Part shown: positions 11,168 through 24,953 of the stretch, piece by piece
Numbering within the stretch: position 1 is the stretch's first letter
Layout of the letters: every line of letters starts with the position of its first letter
DNA from: Laetmonice hystrix
Lineage: Eukaryota
Reading direction: 5' to 3'
DNA length: 64,000 nt
Assembly: GCA_965235115.1 (NCBI GenBank)
Contig: OZ249438.1
Coordinates: forward strand, 22,382,001-22,446,000
The notes under the pieces: model-generated
Databases searched by the model: none
What the model was told of the DNA's origin: nothing
What the model saw: the letters and a program-made list of their open reading frames with translations, nothing else
Made by a program: the position numbers and the translations under genes

Positions 11168-14100
11168 CTGGAAGAAAACCAAAAAAACAAGAAAATTACT
11201 CCTTGGAATACACAACAGTTGTTAAACAGGCAGCGTACATGAACTGAGGTTAAAAAATCAAAACACCTTAAAGCTAATAGTGTATACCTATTCCTTGAGA
11301 AAAAAACAGGTTACAACATAATTATCTCAAACGTGATTTTTTTTTAAACTGTGACGTAGGCCTATACAATAATCTTTATAATGATACATGAGTACCGTGC
11401 ATGAAGCATCTAACAACTGAAGTTATCAACTCCGTGACCAAACCACATGCGAGGTTGATACCCATACCTATAGCAGGACTCAATACACTTTCTTACCGGG
11501 AGGTAACGAAAATCTATACACGCCATCATAGAAAATGTAACAAGTGTGTATACAAACACAACATTTTCTTACAATAGTAAGTGTTGCAACAACACAAGTA
11601 TCTCTTACTGGCCGACTAGTAAAAGCACACACACGCATCAATATTTGCTTGGCCTACTGGGTTCTCTTTACACTACCAATCGGCCCTATCAAATAGCACG
11701 TAGCTCACACTACAGTTTTGTAAAAAAAGTAAAGAGAAAGCTCGAGGGGGCACGGGAAGAAAAAAATGATATAAATTTACTAATGACGCGATGGGTCAAA
11801 TATGTACTAGAGAACGTCAGTGAATGACAGGGAAATATCGTGTCACACCCTGAGGGGAACATTACGTGCATTCTATTTCAGGATTCAGAGATCATTATCT
11901 CGAGACTATCTCCAAACTTACAGGTGTTTTTACCGGTGTTATATCCTTTATTTGTTTGTATCTACGGTCGGAGATATCATTGAGTAGATGTAAACATTGC
12001 CGGTGATTTATGTCTATCTGATGGCTCGGGGAATCCGGGGGAACCTATAAGATTGGGTCGTCAACACGCTCAGACAGCCATACGCTATCTGTAACTGGAC
12101 CAAGTTGCTGAATGAAATCCCAGCGCCAAAAAGCTGCAGTCCTGTTCGGTGAGTGCAAACCCATGTTTTGAGTTGCCTTGAAGATCCATCTCAGGGGATC
12201 GCCAGTGCCGGTGCATGTTTTACACACAGAGACTAATCTTCCATTCTGTTTGTTTTGGGACGAGTTCCTATAGACGATCTCATTTCACTCACTGCTAATG
12301 ATGGTTTATTTCTGCCACTCTTATCTCTTATATCCAGTTGCTTTCAACCTGGGCTACTGACGAGTAGCCTCGCCCTAATTCCCCGTCCTCCCTCACAATA
12401 TGTGGCTTGGATTACGGTAGAATCTCTTGTCCTCTCTCATACCTTCCACTCCTCCTCAGGTATTTTTTTCTTTCTCACTGGACTCCTTGAGAGGGTGGCA
12501 AACCAATATGTGTAGAGCTAACAAAGCAATGTCTCCAAGATGCAAACACTGTAAATGAGTCATTGTCACACCTAATTCACGGTGTCTCAGTCTCTCAGTC
12601 TCCACTCTCCTCTGGGAGTACCTCAACCCTTTATCCTTCCTTCTATCATTTCTGATTAGTGTGAACTTTTATTCGTTTTACATTGTTTATACTTCATTAA
12701 AAAAAACCAGCCCTCTCTGGCTGTGCCTTGAAAAAGCTCTTGTTGCTGGAGCCGAACACTAGGACAAACGCCTGCCGAGGACAAGACACGCGAGGCTCAA
12801 ACTCCTTGCTATTGCCCACCAATTAGGTGTAAATACGGTGACTGGCAGCGCACCTTGCCTTACTAACTCCAAGACGGGCATCCTTCACCGTGCCGCCATT
12901 CAAACTCTACCAAGCAGAACCCACGCCCCTACTCTAGCTATGTATAGCTTCTGTTGTGTACAGGCCAATATACCCATATGTTCCAACCTTAACTTCCTCC
13001 ACAAAACACCACTTAAACCGGCCCGGCTTTATGGCCTTCAATCCCCTGTGGATGACACCGTTAAATGACCATCATTTCGACAGCTCAATACTTCTAATGG
13101 TCGCAACAAATCACACCAATCAGCACATTTAATCAGGGTGCTAAATTGAAAAGGGGTTTCAATTTGCCCCTTAAAGTAGAACAAATTGTGCGATTAAAAG
13201 AGACATCATCAAAATTTCATAGATTCATACAAACGTGGATGAAGTAATAATTAAAATTTTAACTTTATGATACACTGGTGATGGAAGCATGTTTTTCTTT
13301 CCTCCTGAAGTATGTAATTACGTTTCCCTGGTGTGAAAAATGCTTCCATGATCCATCCATATAAGCTGTGATTACGTGGCTGTATCACTATAATTGCTTG
13401 TCTCCATTTCTATGAAAATTCAAATTTGTCTTAGGTGCCTTCTCATGAAGTATTCATCCTTTTTCAATGTATAACAAACATGGAAGTTTGTGGTCCTGAT
13501 GAAGGTGGTGTCACCTTTTAATAACTCGACCCATCATTGATGATGCAGCGAGTTATGAACACCCCATTTCTGCATGTTAACACATGATATTCTTTTCTCT
13601 TGACTGTTGTGCACTCAGTCCGAGATACGGGTCAAGCAAGCACGGTATAGAGGCAGACATATTGGAACGAATATACTGTTAGCTGTCAGAGGTTAGGAAA
13701 TACCTCACAGGTGATCCTTGTCCCGTCTCGTTATCTCCTATCTACCCCTACCCCAGCCCTCCTACCCTCAACCCCACCCCCACCCACAACATTCCCCTAC
13801 CCTCATCCTTCCCACAGTCCGCGTTCGGCTACCCCAGAGCCACCTGTGGGCCAATTCCGTTTATTCGGCCCCTGTGGTAGACCATGCACCGCAGCGAGAG
13901 ACAGGGACGTCAAAAAATACCCAAAGGTATATCACCTCTACCTGCGGCTACTATACCATATCGGCTTACTTCCAAAATAGAATTGTAGTGCTGGAATAAC
14001 CAAGTCTGACTCGGCCGGACCCAGCCAGCCCTAACCCCACTTCAGCCCCCAGACAGTCCCAAGGCAACCATCTTTTTAAACCACGTCACGTCCAAAAGTA

Positions 14101-14225
14101 ACGTTGGGAGCTTGGAGAAGTTCGCTAATTGTTTGCAAGTCTAGGGGTGCAGAGCAACAAGCATCACTTGACTCACCTCCAACCCTAGCCAGTAGTGTTG
14201 TATCACAGAGACGCTGTCACACAGA

Positions 14226-14330
14226 CCTCCATGTAGACCCAGAGACACACACACACACACTCCTCCATGTAGACCCAGACACACACACACACACTCCTCC
14301 ATGTAGACCCAGACACACACACACAGACCC
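14226..14330. repeat. Minisatellite, three 34-36-bp units with a variable (CA)n tract
   Basis: cctccatgtagacccaga followed by (ca)n, with units starting at 14226, 14262 and 14296. Confidence 0.9.
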
Positions 14331-17300
14331 CTATATACTCACTGAGAACTTCCCGATATGTTATACTTCCATTTATAACACCTTCATACGTCATATCATC
14401 GAGAAGAATGAGAACTATCGGCAGACAGGCAGAAAGAAGTTTCCTTGCGATCTTGACCCTGATTTATAGGGTAGACAAGTAATAAGACCTGCTCTCTCTA
14501 GACCCAACTTTATCAGTGCCCATTTGTTCCAGCAGCATAGCTGCTAATACCCAGACGATCAGTCAGTCGATTAACACAAAGCTGGGGCCCTTCCAATACA
14601 CAGCAATTGATGTTGGCGACCATGGGTGTACTTTTTTTTAAATAATGTGTCGAGCCGGTGGTTGTTTATGGACATGTTTTGTTTTATGAATAAACATCGA
14701 TCAGTGCTGGTTAAAGGCCCCACACGTTTTCTATATAACGCTTCTTCTCCAAACCTTTGCAGACAACACAAACCTTTGTACCATACTTAAGGTTATTTGA
14801 CCTTTTTTGCCTCCTGGAAGTTACATGACCTCGACCTAACAACTCTGTTGTACGTTCACAACGTTCTTCAAAACGGCGACCGAATATTGCCAGGATGTTC
14901 ACTCAATCACCTAACTTCCGATGCCTTGAGCATTATTCAAAACAGTTAAAAAAAAGTCACGATTTTGTTGCTCAGATTTGAGCTAGATATCAAAATGGGT
15001 TTGGGTTTTACGTAAAAAAAATTAAACTTTTCACATTCTTTTGGCTTTGAGCAACAACTAACACGAGCTCTTTGTCACCTAGGGAAAAAAGAAAATCTTT
15101 TCAGTCCCTTTTTGCGAAGTAGTGACTGGTTAATTTGACTCAATTAAACGTACAATGGCGGAGCGTGGTGTGGGCCGAGTTCAGTGAACCCTTGGTGTGG
15201 AGGTCTGGCTTGGCTTGACCACTAGAGTCGGCCCGGCCAGCGTGCTCTATGGGCTAGGTCGTTTCATAACGTGAGGTGACACACAATGCCGTCAAGATGT
15301 TCAGGGGGACGGGGTTGCTTAACAAAAAGCGGCCCTGTAAAGGGAGGGGTGGGGGAGGGGTTACGTTAAAATAGCTATAGGCTCTGAGGCTAAAAGGGCA
15401 GGCAGGTGAACTCTGCAAGCTACCCGCAACAGGCCCCTGCCATGGGACAGGCAAAATGCCACCGCCGCGCTAATAAATCTGTCAGCCCGCAAAACCATGG
15501 GCCGTGCGTTACATACCCTTATCATTACCCTCATGGTAACCACTAAAATATGCTCCGGGAGGCTGCAGCCGGACTTTATCCACAGAGATAAGTTGACCAC
15601 AATAAACAAACCCTCCGCTTCGCTACATGCAAACCGCAGTGTACTCGACAAAAGCACTAAAATAAAAGTGAGGAAAAAATAAAAGACAACGTGATAATGG
15701 TAAAAAAGTCATCAGATTCATCAAGCTTCTTTAGAGAAGGAACTTCAAAGTGGCCAGACATTTTCGACGAGTTTGCAATGCAAAAAAAGTGTCCAAAACT
15801 ATATTCAGCTTTGGCACAAAGGGTACATTTCAAACTTGTTCTTCACAGAAAGTGAAACTTTGAAAGAGCGAGACAAAAAGCGTGGGTTGCTCGTACGATG
15901 ACTATTGTTACCCAAGCCAGTGTAAGCGTCCATTGAGCCGCGACAATGGCCCGTGTCAGCCACCCTCGTATCATGTGACGCGGCCAGGGGGTGGTAACCC
16001 TCGCTCTCCCACAATAAACACCACCGCCACCAGAACAAGAAAAACAAAAAAAATATATCACTATATGATTTGAAAATTAATAACAGCTCCTAATCTGTGT
16101 GCCGTGTGTGGGTGCGAACTTACTTGTGAAAGTGTAGGTGGACATGCTGAGATGTGGTGTGGGTAGGGCGGCGGCATTAGGCCGCCCCGGTTACGGCAGC
16201 GGTGCGATGCTGACAGAGCGTATTCCTGACCATGTGTAACGTGGTCGTCCTTGTGAACCCGCACATGCTGGTCGCTAGACTGTCCCCCTGGTCACATCAC
16301 GCTCCCTCTAATACCCCCGCCACCAGACCCCACCGTCCGAGCCCACAATGAGGCTGGCCTTCGGCCACTGGCCATGACCGTTACAAATGCCGCGCCCCGC
16401 CGCCGACGCTGCCACTCGGACACGGCCCTTTTCTGCGGGGCCCCTTCGAGGGGGCAGCCGGCCCAGCGCTGACCCTGGCCGTGGCCTCTTGTGAGGTTAG
16501 AGTTCAGGTCGCAGGTCGGCCGACAGGGATGACAAATCGCCACCAACCATATCATCGTAACTATCAATTTGCCCCCTATATTTTCCATCACCCGTTCCTT
16601 CAAGAATACGTTTTTTATTTATGGGTTTACTAATTATGCTGAAATCCTTTTTTTGGCGGAGTCTCTCAAGAAAGCCGGTTACGACGGGTTACTGTCATCC
16701 TACTGTGCCGGCTGTGACGGCCTGCCCCGCCGGCTGACCTTCCTTGGGGGCCTTCTGCTACTACTGGCAGACAGCCCCATACACACCCCAAACTTACAAA
16801 TCTAATAAACTCTATCTATATCTGTACGGGTCTACGCTCGATAAGTTTAAATAACTTTCTCTCTTCTCCATATACTAAAACAGAGCCCTGCTGGACAATT
16901 TAATCAACTGCTGACACCTCTGTAATACTAGAACCTTGCCCTCTGGTCACATTCAAACTCAACCGAAAATTCCTCCCCGTCAACTGACCCAGACAATCCG
17001 GACGTGGTAACCTAGCGTAAGCCTCTTACCGTCTTGAAACGTAGCCAAACATGGAGAAACCCCTGTATAACCTCGTAATCAACACTTGACTTCCTTATCA
17101 GATTACTCAACCTTTAACTGGACCTATATAAGTATCAAAGACTTTCCTGAGAAAACACCTTGAAGGTGACCCCCCCTCCCCCAATCAGATTAACAACTGA
17201 CCACAATAACCTGACCATACAAACCGACCTCACAGCAACTAGTACCGCATGATTGCCCCAACCAAATGCTCTCCTCGATGTTAGACCAATCCCGCCTCCT

Positions 17301-17840
17301 CCTAACTCGGGTAGTAACTGGTGGTGACAGGCTCATCTCAATCTCTCACGGTATCATTCCAGGAAAAACCTTACAAGTGACCAACAGAACGAGGTGACTT
17401 ATAATAATTGTCATAGAAGCATCTCCTTATTTTAAGAATATAAAGATGAAATATTTATGACACATTGTATGAATGATTTGACATCACACAGGCAGTGTTA
17501 GTAAACGTGCCTCAGACACATTGTTGGATGAGCACGTGTCGTGGATAACTTGTGTTCGCACACCGCCCTACCTTGGCCTACTTATTGTACATTAATCAGT
17601 GCTCAGTGTGGGTGGTTGTGATGGTCTATAGTGATTTACTGGATTACCTGGGTGACATGACGTAGTGCTGGTTCCGTAACCTGTCACCAGCGGTGATGAC
17701 TACAGGAGTTCTGTCCTGGAATCACTTACTACAGACAGTGCCTGGTCAAGTACTTCCCTGACAGGAGAGCGAGGGGTGGGGGGAGGGAGGGGGGTCGGCG
17801 CATCCAAGCATAGACCGAGTGGTGAACATGTCATCTAGGG

Positions 17841-17861
17841 GCTGCTGCTGCTGCTGCTGCT
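17841..17861. repeat. (GCT)7 microsatellite
   Basis: gctgctgctgctgctgctgct. Confidence 0.9.
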
Positions 17862-18601
17862 TGCTCCATTAATATTCATGCCAACTCGGCATCAATTAAC
17901 CAAACTCCACACACACCCCTGCATGACCATACATTAAAAATGATTTTATTGAAGACTACTTAGTGCCTGTAGACTGGCCTTAATAAGACCGCTATAGGAA
18001 TGGGAAAGATACCAATGGGCCTATGTGCTATAGTAGTGTGCCAGGGAAATCAAATCAGATTTTGAGTCAACGCAATGAGGGTTCCCTTCTGAGCTTATCA
18101 ATGCGATGACGCCGGGGGGGGGAGGCCTTAATGTAGGGGCTGTACTCCTTCCCCCTGACAGCCTCCCCCTGTACGTGCCCGACTCTAAGTATTATAAGGG
18201 TTGTTGCCTTTCCTTGTTGCTTGTTGTTCCTAAGGACCTGGACTGGTTGACCTAGGTAAGTTAGGCAATTTGGTTTCCATGACGATCAGAGATGTTTCAT
18301 TGGTGGCAGGTAGCCTTTGTCACTGAGATGATACATCACTGTCGGTCTTGGTCACTGTCACCCTTCCCAGTGATGGGCAGGGAAATTGCTGCAGCCGCCA
18401 TACCTGGAGGGGAGGAGGAGGAGGAAGGTGAGGGATGGAGGAGGAGCAGGAGGAGAGGGAGGAGGGGGCAGTGGGGGTCGGCTGACTATTGCTCCGTACT
18501 GCTGCTTCAACTATTGGATGTTACGTCTCCGAGTGGCCCGCTCCAATGGTAATGAACCCCGTCCACACTGAATCACAGGAGGACTTCTCCTGTGGGAAAC
18601 C

Positions 18602-18619
18602 AGAGGACCCGGGTCCTCT
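18602..18619. repeat. Perfect 18-bp palindrome
   Basis: AGAGGACCCGGGTCCTCT is its own reverse complement. Confidence 0.9.
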
Positions 18620-21600
18620 AGTGGAAACCCCAAGGAGGAGTCCCCGGGGTCTCTCGGCGCCCCTATCTGAGGACCTCTTCTCCAGCGTCCTCCAGTGGAG
18701 ATTCAGAGGGCCTCCAGCGTGGAGGACGTCCAGGGTCAGACCTGGAGGTGTCCAGTCTCTTCTTCCAGTCAGCCTGCCCTCACTGGCCGCCACCACCAGC
18801 ACCACCGCCACCACCAACCCGAGCACCACCAGAGGTGCTCCCCCTCACTCTAACCAGGCTCGATCTTATCTCTGCTGTCTCTTCCCTCTGTTTGCCTCAC
18901 TGCCTCGACTCAACTGTGAAATTTTATTCAATCAATACGGAGGCCGCCTAGTTCTGAATGAGGTAATCTGCGCGCCACGTGCAGCACTGCAGTCCAATCT
19001 TCCTCAGTCACACCACAACGTTTTTTCTTGCTACGGTTTTGTGTGTTTTCCGTTCAGCACGGACTGTTGGTTTTCCACTGCCCGCGGCGCACGATGCTTA
19101 ACAAAATGGGCAAATCAATACTGAGCCTAACCCAAGGTGTGTTACCATTGGATCCGTGTGTAAATATCTTCGGTCCCTTCCGTCTCTAGGCCCGACACTG
19201 TCGCCCGGATCTAGGTAGACATTTCGAATCCTCAGCCCAGGTTCAGGATGACCACGCGCCGATCTGAGTCATCCACCAAACCGGGCAGGAGGGGGGTGTC
19301 ATAAACTGACTGCCAGAAAAAAAGTTGAACAATGCCAAGGCTGGATTAGTCAAGGATGCCCTTCAAATAGCCATCATTATCAAAATTTAGGTCACCATAT
19401 CTCATGCCTTCATTAATCTGTTTTCCTCTGGGATGGCCAAGCAAGCAGTTCGAAGACCGGCTGTCCAGATTTGTGCCCGTTGTATAGGACTAGCTGTCTG
19501 TGCGATCACTTCACCCATCGCTTTAAGTGACTGACTGGAAACGCCTGCTGCATACAGCGTCTGAAACTTTTTCTGTACATTAAACAACGACGCCCGTAAT
19601 AGGAGACTACAGCACTTACTTTGCTATTTATAATCATGCTGTCTTTTTTGTTCTTCATCCATTTATTTCCTCCCTCTCGTCCCCTTAACACTAGCTTATG
19701 ATGGAGCACTCTCCCCCACTCACAAATATACCACTACTAGCCTATTCCCATCACGTCTTATAAACATACGATGACTTAATCCATTCATAAAAGACCGTGT
19801 ATTTCAAACTTATTGTATTAAGAGCTTTGTCTAGTATCTAAGATGTATCAATGGTGATGATATGTTCTTATAATTGAATCATACGACGGAATAGATATCA
19901 CACAGGATTCCAACCTCGAATTCTCCACCAGTCGGCTACAGACAGCTATATCGATATACGACGTTTGTCTCGGCAAGCAGTGCCAGGTGAGAGTATATGA
20001 TACTCCATCCATCACAGAGGGCAACAAATTCAAGTGTTCCTCTACGGTAACTTTGACGACATAAGCAGCACATGTTGAGAGAACCATGTGTGAGTATATG
20101 TAACGACTGTGTCAGTGTTAGCGACGGGTGGTTTCAGCACACTGTAGCGTGTTTTAGTATTTTTTGTTACACTTGACCATGAACAGGTATGGTCAGCGGG
20201 CGCGCGCTTCCATTCAAGGCAATCGGTGTACCGAACAGTAGGTCTTCAGTGCGCAAGCCCAATGGAGCAGTTTTTGTATTATGGAGTTGTAGGTTGTATG
20301 AGATAAACTCCCGTTCTCTCCCCCAAAAGTGACTTTGGATTTAAAGGTCAATTATACAAAGAGAGTGTCGCTCGTTCTTTACGTACATCAGTTTTACCGT
20401 AACCGTAACACTATTCTACAAACTTGTCTGTTTGTGGATCTTTCTTCACTCTGTATTAGGTTTGAATGGTTTTTATCGTATCAGTATCAGGCTTACTATC
20501 CAACAGTTTTCATCTGATCAGTCAGAAATATGTTGTCTTGAGCTATATTCTACAGGCTCCTTTTTCACGTCCACAGTCCATAAAAACACTTTTCTAAAGG
20601 AATCTTAGGTCCGGGGATGGTAAGGCCCAAACTTTGTCACAGGTTTACAAATTAAACCGTGGGCCATGGGGCCTAACGGTCTGGCCCCGCCAAGTTTGGC
20701 TGGTTGATTGTGGCCACAGCCACGGTCCAGAGTTGGGATTTTCACGTTCCAGCGAGGTTACCATGACAGGTTAGTTGTTGCCAACGGTAGATTACAGAGG
20801 TCAGGTCGGTCGGGGGTGGTTGGCGGGTGTGCCAGTCGGCCGGGCTGTGGGCCTCCCGCCGCCCGCCGAGCTGGTCATGTGTGGAGACACCTCTTCTACT
20901 TCTTCCCCACTTCACCCCCTCCCCCCTCCTCCCGAGTCGTCCAGCACCACCTCCACCAACACGGCTTGTCTCTCAGCCACAGAGAAGTCATTTCTCCCAC
21001 CACTGCATGCACTATCACCCGTAACCCCCTGAGGATGGGTGTCAGATTTTTAAAAAAAGAATCCGAAGTTCAGGATGTGAGAAATACGGCTAAACATAAA
21101 CGGTGTCAGGGCCAGGCCTGAGAAAAGTTCACCCTCGTCGTAAGTGGCCGCGCTTGTCTTGGCATCTATACGTGAGACAACCCCCCCCTACTCCCTGTGC
21201 CCTCACCCCGTAAAAAAAAGTTGATATCGTCACTGTTGACTTAGTCTTAGCCACTCTGACAAACTCGTCCACCCTCCTAGACCCAAGTATGCAGGACACA
21301 ATGTTCGGGGCTGTGAAGCGCAGGCAAAAACTACCTCGGCACACATTTCATGTGTTTGTCGACCAGAACGTCTTGGGTAGATCGGGTGGACTGTTGGGGC
21401 CAACTTATGTAATTAATCTTCTCTGCAGGTCTGGCCGTGAGGTGTGCCAGCGGGCCACGACCCTGCACGGTCGACAGAGGGTGGTACCAGGGCCTGCACC
21501 TGCCTGGGGTCCCCAGTACCGCGCAACACACCTACAAATACCGTAATGAGCGAGTCGGGCCATGGACAAGGTCGCCCCGACTCCTACACGGTCCAACCTG

Positions 21601-24600
21601 TTGGAGGTAACTAAATTATTTGATGGTTGACCCACGAGGACAGTCGGTCTGTTCATCTAAAATACAGGCTACAATTAACTTCCATAAGAAATCTGCATAT
21701 AAACCAAAATGATTTTCCTTAAAAGTTTGACCTCAAGAGAAAGAGCAAGATTATACTATAGTTTTTTTCAACACGGGAACTCTCTAAAACAATTCTGCTG
21801 TTCAAACAACAGCAACATAAAGCACAGACGTTCACGCTTCTGTATGTCTAATATAACACTTGCTCTTCACTATAGGACAGAAATAATTAGGTGTTTATAA
21901 TGTCGACTCTTATCTTTATGAGGAAAAAAATAATTAAACAGAGAAACATGAAGGTTGTCATAAAGTGGCCATTACTCGGGCCTTGTCTCAAGATAGCCTG
22001 TCCAATAATTATGTTTGCCTCAGGTCCACTAAAACCTAACCTGTTCGGATTTTAATTGGCACTAACAGTGGACGTTGCCATGGTATTTGGAAAGTGAGGC
22101 GTCTTCCAGCCGCTGATGTTAGCCATACACAGCGGTTCGTTTTACATAGGATGACGCTGCCATCAGGGCCCAGCACCGATTTTCCACACAAACTATGTGT
22201 AAACAGGACCCGGCCCTTTTCCTGTCCAGGATAATATTGCAGGAATAAACGTCGAAAAATATACTCCCCCTCCTAATCCCCCTTTTTGAAAATCATTAGT
22301 TAAACGAGTCTAGATATAGAGAAAGTAGAAGTGGCATTCCAGATGCAAACTGCGGGTTGAATTATGATTTTTGTCCAGGAGATGCCGCCAAAGTGATGGC
22401 TTTTGTTTTCTATTTGTTCCTGGGTTTAGGTTTCACCCACGCCGGATGGCCCTCATACAATTCTCTTTATGGCCATCGCCATCTCCACAGTAAACTATCC
22501 CTATCCCTGGTGTCCATGGCGACCGGGCAGCCAGCACCCAGGGCTGGACGCAGGAGGGGCCAATCTGGCATCAATACTAGAGTTACACCACATAGCAGGA
22601 CAATGGCAGCTCCTCTTTTATTTCAAACTCTAACCTTCGAGCCTACACTTTCCTGCATCCCCTCCCTCTCTCTATCTTTACACCACAGTAGCAGAGATTT
22701 TTTTTGACGGTGAAAGTTTGACAGGTGTAAACGCCATGTTAATTTTTAAGTAGTTGTTACCCTGGAAATTACAATTTATAGTTTGGTTTGTTGAAAACCA
22801 TCATTGTTAGCAGGTTACACTTTGATCAGTATCGATAAAAAAAGGTATCCACAGATTTAATGGTCGATAATATTGGTCCGGGTCATGGAATCATTATCAG
22901 CTTCCAAAGGGCTCCATTCTGAGCGGCGTCTAAATTTGCATGAATCCTAGCCTTGGGTCACTCCAGTAAGCTTTCCCCCCGCACCTGTTTCTATATATGC
23001 TTTCATATGGGCATTGATTAACCATTTATAAGTTATGGATGTTTCCTTTTAAAATGCTCTGCTGATCGCTACTGGAAGCAAAAACTGTCGGCTAACTTTT
23101 GTTATTAGCGAGAAGCCCTGCCTGCCAGCCTTCCGTACTGGTCAGTCAAGCATGAACGGAATATTTGGTTTACCAGCGGGACGGTCGGTCATTTCCCGGT
23201 GTGAAAAGGCCAACCAAATCTTTCCCAGAATAATTTCGGCTATAATGATCCACTTGGCTGTCAGAGCAGCCTTTAGTATTGGAATGACCCTAGTCTAATC
23301 ATCCAAAGGTTGTTCAGTCTAGAAATGGGATCGTTCACAATCCAACGATAATAAGAAGCGCTATGTACTTTTTTCTTTACTTTTCAGTTTTTTTTCTCCC
23401 TCCACTTGATAGGGGGTTTTACTTGTGTGGGTTTTTTTCTGATTTCCCCCCAAATCCCTGAATGAAAGGCAAATCAACGTTAGGTTACGGGTATTTTCAT
23501 ATCGGCCATTCACCCGCAACTCATTTTAAGCCGAACCTAATTCCTACACCTTTTTCACTTCATAAACACTTTATTAAAGCAACACCAAAGAAGCAAACAA
23601 AAACTGAACACCGCCATTGTAAGCTACCCGATAAAGTTTCCTCGTCAGTTGCGACTGGAGCATACAGCATACAGGGAGAGGGTGAGAGAGAGTGAGAAAA
23701 AAAGGCAAAAAGTTGTGCATCTACACATACAAAGAATCCAATGGGTTCCACGTGCAAGCAATCTGTTGACTTGACATTTAAAGCTGCATGATTGGGTATT
23801 TATTACACATTTAGTGGCCTGTCTGCTAAAACATCCGTTTCTTGTGACTCTTTTAAGAGGCTATCAGTCCCAAGCGGTGCCAGCGGGGTTGACTTCTTGC
23901 GATTACAGCGATCTCTCCTTTCCGACTCATCATCATGTTTGGGGTGCGAATTTGAAGAGAAAGGCTCTATTTACTCTGGGCCTTAACTTCTCCATCAGTC
24001 CGCATTGGACTGCAGTGGAAGCCCCGCTGATGTGGGGAGCTCCTGGACCACATTGAACTCAAAGGAACGCTTTTGTTGGCGATCACCAAGGTGACAAAAC
24101 GGGCAACCGAACCTCCCTTGTCGACATGTCGGCAATTGACGTTTGCTCGGACAAGATCGGAGCCGGACTCAAGCAGGGTTTCAATCTCCCTTTAAGGAGA
24201 CCTTGTGACATTTATGGACCTTTAATAGTGGATGCGGCGTTTGGAGGCAGTTGAGAACGGCAGAGGCCTACCGCGTCGCCGCTGGGGCCAGTCTCAGAAC
24301 GGGGCAGCTGGCCACTCGACTGGAACCTTGGGGCCCGCGCCGCTGTCCACTCCACTGGTCAGTTAGCGGTCACTTACAGGGGGCGTGTCGGCACGCCACG
24401 GGACGGGCGTGAGGAGGAGTGGTCAGCGAAGACCACTGCCTCAGCAGTGAAAGAGAGAGGAATGCGCTGTGATTAAGTCAAGTGACTGGCTGCCAAAGGA
24501 GGAGGTGTCTACATATTAAGGGAGTAGTTTAATCTGAAACTTTAAGAGAGGTTTTTCAATGGTGGGAGGCTGCGGTGTACAGTGAGCACGCGGCCCACTG

Positions 24601-24879
24601 GCTTAACGCTGCCATAGACAGCGCTACTACCTTAACACATTATTCCACCGTCATTTATCTTTTAAATGCAGCTGTTGTTAATCTAATTGAGCATCATGAG
24701 CAGCTGCACAATGATATTCAATCATTTATTGTTTTCTGGCCTTCCAAATAGTTCTAAATTGTTATCCAAGCATTCGGTTTCTCCACAATGCTCCCTCAAG
24801 TAACAGCAAGTCTGCATGAAGATTGTCTATGTTTTTGTTACGTAGATGTCGTGATGAGCTGTGATGGAGCGTCTCCAGT

Positions 24880-24953
24880 GCGTCATGTGGATTGCACAGC
24901 GTAATGTGGATGCCAAAGCTTAATGTGGATGCCACAGCGTATTGTGGATGCCA
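24880..24953. repeat. Degenerate 19-bp tandem repeat, about 4 copies
   Basis: Consensus gcgtaatgtggatgccaca, units at 24880, 24899, 24918 and 24937. Confidence 0.85.

Noticed and set aside
12720-12810. Weak resemblance to a SINE 3' segment (gtgccttg...ggacaagacacgcgaggctcaaactc)
   Set aside because: Too degenerate to support without a repeat library, and no second copy was noticed.
18489-19124. Longest ORF in the track (211 aa, plus strand)
   Set aside because: Low-complexity, GC-rich and palindrome-driven, antisense to the gene, with no recognisable domain.
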